Origin: a virus
Reading direction: 5' to 3' (one strand)
IMG/VR virus record: IMGVR_UViG_3300009499_000148
Span: 42,060 to 106,059 of that record
Length of the DNA: 64,000 bases
Below the pieces are notes generated by a model. That model ran no database searches. It had not been told where the DNA came from and worked only from the letters and a program-made list of their open reading frames with translations. This document shows, one piece after another, positions 59,459 through 64,000 of the stretch; positions within the stretch are counted from its first letter, which is position 1; every line of letters starts with the position of its first letter. Both the position numbers and the translations under genes were made by a program.

Positions 59459-60321
59459 CGTGTCGTCATGTCTTTCGAGAGCCCTCCCACGCTCATGGGA
59501 TAAAAGTTTGATGTCGTATCGACGACATCAACGTTCGTCATGAACACTCATGGGTGTCTCAATAGACGGAGCAGTCGTGTGGATGTGTTGCTCAGCCCTC
59601 ACAAGCAATGACACGAACTCAACCCCGACACCAATGATGAATGATGCAACGATAACGAAGACGATGACATGATACACGATGCTAGAGGTGATTTTTCCAA
59701 AATCCATCATTGTATCATAACACGTTAACACGCTCAAATGCACATCAGACATATACGCTCATACGTATCCTCTCGAAAGATGTCTGGAGCCAAAAACACC
59801 ATAATCTCCGTTGAGTCATTGAGTGAACTTGTGCGACAGACTGTCGTTCGTTCATGTGATATAGAAAGCACAAGATACGTGATGATATCACCATGATAAG
59901 AGAGAACAAAAGCATCTCCAACTTTCATATCATGGTAATTCATAGACTAGCCACAATGTCGATGCCGCCACTCGCGTAACAGCGACCCAATGCAGTGAAT
60001 ACTCTATCCTTCAAGCGACGTCTTTTGGACGCACCAGGACCAACGCTCATGTAAACTCGCATCGAGTCATCTGTGCATTCGATGACTGTGAAGATGATGC
60101 CGGCGTATGTTGCGCCCACTAACATAAAGACATCACCGACACGCAATGCTTCCGACACATCATTCGAAAGCATGATTGGTGTGAATTCTATCTCACCCAA
60201 CATCACGTCATCCCAGACATCGTTGAATGATGTTGTAATCAGACCATCAGATGTCGTAGCGATGACATAACGTGTGTCTGCATGACCCGAAACAAAAGAC
60301 CTAAGAATGGCTGCGTTAACA

Positions 60322-60675
60322 TTACACCTGCAATGCATCGTCTATGATGATTGCATCGAACCTATAGTGTGAAAATGCATTACTTTCATGAGCGCTATAC
60401 GCCACAATCATTGAACCATTTGTGTAGCGATGTGTGTGTGCATATGCGTTAGTAACAAGAATGTTAGCGTTTGATGACGCGATGATTGAATCAACTGCAT
60501 TCAACCAAATGCGTGAACGATGAAAGTTCGCTGTCATGACAGCTATCGTCATGTTTCCCTCAAGCGCGCGCTCAGCGACATAATGTTGCAACGTCGACGA
60601 CACACCCATGCATCTGGGCGACATGCATATCAAGCGCTTCTCAGAACGGAGCGCATTCAACAGCTGTCTGTTCAT
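60322..60675 (-). CDS. Truncated terminase/helicase-like P-loop domain
   Basis: SPRCMGVSS (Walker A-like), F.AIIIDD (Walker B-like). Confidence 0.45.
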   Translation of the reverse strand: MNRQLLNALRSEKRLICMSPRCMGVSSTLQHYVAERALEGNMTIAVMTANFHRSRIWLNAVDSIIASSNANILVTNAYAHTHRYTNGSMIVAYSAHESNAFSHYRFDAIIIDDALQV

Positions 60676-61384
60676 GGTGCAGCCACGACGCACATATCAA
60701 CGGCCCACGAGAGCCCAAGCTTGTCTTTACGACCGTCAGCATCAACGAAGAACATCGTCATGACTGACACATCACTATCCCATTTATGCATCCTGACGTC
60801 TGTCACAAGAGCAGGAAAACTGAATGTATCTCTGAGAAATTTACGGACATGTGGGCTCTGATATTGGACATCTGTCTCATCATCAAGCACACCAATGACC
60901 ATGCCGACCCGGATGTCGTCATCATTCATGATTCATGACCTCTCCGCCCAGACTGATAACGTCGTAATTATCAGATAGTATTCTCATCGCGCTGTATGTG
61001 AACAATGCGTCTGAATCAACAGAGCCATCACGTAACAGATAATGAAATTTCATCATCACTGGTGTGTCATGACAGACTGCAACATCAATGATGATGAAAG
61101 GTGCTCTCGTCATGTTCTTTGGACACAACAGAGCACCACGAAGTTCATTGATATCAACCACTGCATATGCATCATACCATGACGTCATGCATGACGTCAA
61201 TGCTAGACAACCTCAATCCACCCGAGCTTCATGATACAAATCGATGTGCGAGCCACCGTCCCGTCTGCTAGAAGGTATACATTAAAACCATCAGCATCAT
61301 GATTCACACACAAGACTATCGTCCACTTCTTAGAGGGTGTCGTGTACGGAGGTCTGTACGATGCTATTAGCAGTGTTCCTGGTT

Positions 61385-61555
61385 TCATGGCGCTATGACG
61401 TTAACGCCGAATATCTCAGCGTAATTACATTGGCTTTCAAATAAATCACCGTTCGACGTGAGGTACATGTACATAAATCTAGAATTTGTTGTGAATTTCA
61501 AACCCATGTACAACCAACAACTACGCCCAAAAACAATCAATGAACCCGGAATCAT
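61385..61555 (-). CDS. PGTL-family protein (56 aa, missing from the ORF track)
   Basis: MIPGSLIVFGRSCWLYMG...YMYLTSNG; ATGA-coupled on both sides. Confidence 0.7.
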   Translation of the reverse strand: MIPGSLIVFGRSCWLYMGLKFTTNSRFMYMYLTSNGDLFESQCNYAEIFGVNVIAP

Positions 61556-63115
61556 CGTACAATCTCACAATCGTTGAACATCTCATCATCTGAGTACGCG
61601 GTCTGTGTGAAGACATTTCCTCTATCATCAAGGAATGTGTATATCATTGTGACGCGACCCACGCCAGTATCAACATAAAAAACTGGTGCTGTCGCGTGCT
61701 TACATGAAATGATGAGGCACATCATATTCTTAAATATGAGCAAATCGCCCTGTCGCGGCTTCATCGCACCACCTCGTATGAGCTCAACGGAAGTTGAACA
61801 TCACTCAACGCCCACGTTACTGAAAAGACTTCGCCATTATCATCAAGGAATGTGTATTCTGCTATCTGCGTTTGACCATAACGATTGATTGAGATTACAA
61901 ATAGATGCCTCGATAGAAAGCCTCCCGTCAATGACACGAATGGATTGACACGTACACGAAGCAATAGGTCACCCACATCGTAGTCGTTAGTCATCGTAGT
62001 ACCCCGCAACATCAATGAGCGTCCAGTTTGTAGAGTACATCAAGTTAAGCCATACACATATTGTCGTCGAACCGTCGTGCGGCGAATACACAAGGTATCT
62101 GTACCAATCATCTGTGAGACGACTGACACAGATGCAAATCCTAGGATGCGTCATATTCAGCTCACTCCAAAGCGTCCCGATTCTCATACGGCGACCAGGT
62201 TCCATCCGTTGCATGTCAGGTCATAGTCGATTGTTAACAATGAACCGTCACGCAGAAGGTACACGTGTCGTGGTCTGTCATACTCGAATGTTAAACCCAC
62301 GTATATGATGTATATGTACTTATCATTTATATGACTAGTCTCATCGATTAGTAATGTCCCTGGAACAAGCGTCATGCAATTTCATCCCATCCGAACTCTG
62401 TTATGTCAGCGGTCGAATGCATCATATACGTTTTCTCGAAGAACGAATCATACACAAGATAATCGTATGCATCACTGCTCAACCCGAAACCAACGTAAAT
62501 GCATATGCGTGGTCTCCATGATTCATGAACGTTTTCAAGCAACAACGCTCCGGGCATCATGGCTCAATCATCTCGTACACAGTGAACTTACCACTCAGCT
62601 CAGAGTAATCATACGTCGAATGAAACAATGAACCGCTAGCATGAATGTAGTCGTAATAATCGATTCCATACCTTTTTTGACGACCAACATACATGCATAT
62701 TTCTCTCAGCATTGCACCATGCATCTGCATTATGATGAGCGTTCCTGGCATCATTGTCAATCATATCATTTGACATGTGTTGCATTCACCACGAATGCAC
62801 GTGATTCACTCAAGTCATCGTGATGAGGGTGAATTCATCGGATTATGTCAATGAATTTGGGTGCATCGTGTTCAATGATGCCGTTTCTTCAATGCATGCT
62901 GCGGAAGCTCAACATCATCAGGAAGCTCGCTCCATGGCCATTCTTTTCCAGAGGGCTGACGAATCCACAGTGTGCGCTTTCCTTTATACGGAGCAACAAA
63001 GTACTCGGTTGCATTGAGCAATCCATCTTCATTGTATCTCACATCAATCTCTGGGTCAAAGACATCATCAAGCCCTATATCAGCTTTCGTGATTCTATGA
63101 TGTCAGTAAATGATT

Positions 63116-64000
63116 TTAGCTTAAGCGCCATAAGACATGCTCAATATCATTGACAGGAAGCCGAAATACTTCATCACAACTAGCCATCAGTCTTTGCGGA
63201 GCAATTGCTCTTGACAAACCATCATTTGGCAGGAATATGGCCCTTTTTGATGATGGACCGTATACACGGTCGAGCTTTGTTGAAAGCTCTTTTGGCATTG
63301 ATTCTCTAATGAGTTGTCTCATTGAGCGTTGCCATCTTTCCTTGAGAGGCACATCTGTCGCAACGTAAAGATGTGACTTTCCCGTCGATGATGTGACAAG
63401 CATGTGTGAACCCTTGGGAAACAGTCGTTGTGTACTCAACCATGATTCGACAAGACCGACATCCATTGAGTCGATATCGACCCACATGAGATGCTTATCA
63501 CCACCGACTGTCAGCGCTTCATTCGCCGCGACTGCGCGTAAGAGCCCGTGTGATGATTCAGCACACAGCGTGTTAAGTTTTTCAATTGGAGATGTCCATC
63601 GTCTAGACGTGACTGTTGAGTCGAAATTTTTCGTTAACTTATTCATGACAGACCACTCGATGTGTTCACTTTCATCAAGCAGTATCTTGAACGTTCCCGA
63701 GTGTGTTCGACTCTCATTGATGTCAGCCTTCAACATAGAGATGGTTGAGTCATGTTGACATACATCACGTGAAATGCATGCTTCGATTATTGATGATGTG
63801 TAGTCAAGGTTGGGTTGTCTGTTCCAGCTGTCGTTAATATCATCAAGGTCATAGACGATTGAACGGCCTTCTATCTTTGACGTTTTGTAGTATCCAGCAT
63901 CTGCTGTGTCGTTGTAGTATCCAGCATCTGCTGTGTCGTTGTAGTATCCAGCATCTGCTGTGTCGTTGTAGTATCCAGCATCTGCTGTGTCGTTGTAGTA
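63116..64000 (-). CDS. Primase-polymerase/Rep-like protein (partial; frame is open to the right edge)
   Basis: WVDID and SSTGKSHLY motifs; no stop between 63736 and 64000. Confidence 0.5.
   Translation of the reverse strand, partial: YYNDTADAGYYNDTADAGYYNDTADAGYYNDTADAGYYKTSKIEGRSIVYDLDDINDSWNRQPNLDYTSSIIEACISRDVCQHDSTISMLKADINESRTHSGTFKILLDESEHIEWSVMNKLTKNFDSTVTSRRWTSPIEKLNTLCAESSHGLLRAVAANEALTVGGDKHLMWVDIDSMDVGLVESWLSTQRLFPKGSHMLVTSSTGKSHLYVATDVPLKERWQRSMRQLIRESMPKELSTKLDRVYGPSSKRAIFLPNDGLSRAIAPQRLMASCDEVFRLPVNDIEHVLWRLS
63885..64000. repeat. Perfect 27-bp tandem repeat (at least 4.3 units) encoding (YYNDTADAG)n
   Basis: TTGTAGTATCCAGCATCTGCTGTGTCG repeated without spacers. Confidence 0.95.

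Larger units (their letters stand above)
59734..62754 (-). other. Second tandem array of about 12 PGTL-like small ORFs (59734, 59940, 60672, 60922, 61203, 61385, 61552, 61761, 61987, 62184, 62372, 62557)
   Basis: VGDAF, VGDVF, VGMVI, RGALL, PGTLL, PGSLI, QGDLL, VGDLL, IGTLW, PGTLL, PGALL, PGTLI; many ATGA-coupled. Confidence 0.65.

Noticed and set aside
149-63758. Most short plus-strand ORFs in the track, and ORFs overlapping the tmRNA and tRNA array
   Set aside because: They are antisense shadows of well-supported minus-strand genes or RNAs, with no motifs.
1-64000. Genome-wide reassignment of TAG or TGA
   Set aside because: Recognisable genes are full length under code 11. TAG follows the natural C-terminus of iscA and the phosphoesterase, and TGA is common in ATGA overlaps.
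63885-64000. CRISPR array
   Set aside because: Repeats are head-to-tail with no spacers, and no cas genes are visible.

Overview
This window is best read as part of a very large (jumbo/huge) bacteriophage genome using the standard genetic code. Genes are dense, mostly on the minus strand, often overlap at ATGA, and there is no rRNA. 1-20 kb is a carbohydrate-modification cluster (SDRs, cytidylyltransferase, class IV aminotransferase, glycosyltransferases, deacetylase, methyltransferases, radical SAM), interrupted by AT-rich free-standing homing endonucleases and an array of small 'PGTL' paralogs. 20-57 kb holds host-takeover and translation genes (PhoH, release factor, tmRNA, Hc1-like protein, DinG-like helicase, ClpP, divergent GroEL, IscA, EF-Ts, Pth2, peptide deformylase, two RNA ligases, HD hydrolase), 25 sense tRNAs, an amber suppressor tRNA and five tRNA-like oddities. 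57-64 kb has small ORFs, a second PGTL array and a primase-like gene with a 27-bp tandem repeat. The standout is a UAG-centred translational control system. An RF1-type (PxT, GGQ) mini release factor is split by a prfB-style programmed +1 frameshift cassette whose stop codon is UAG rather than UGA (GGAGG-CGT-CTT-TAG-C), and the same window encodes a tRNA with anticodon CUA. Also striking is a tRNA-Arg-like RNA whose D-loop lies 3' of the anticodon arm. All calls come from manual motif reading; no searches or folding programs were run.
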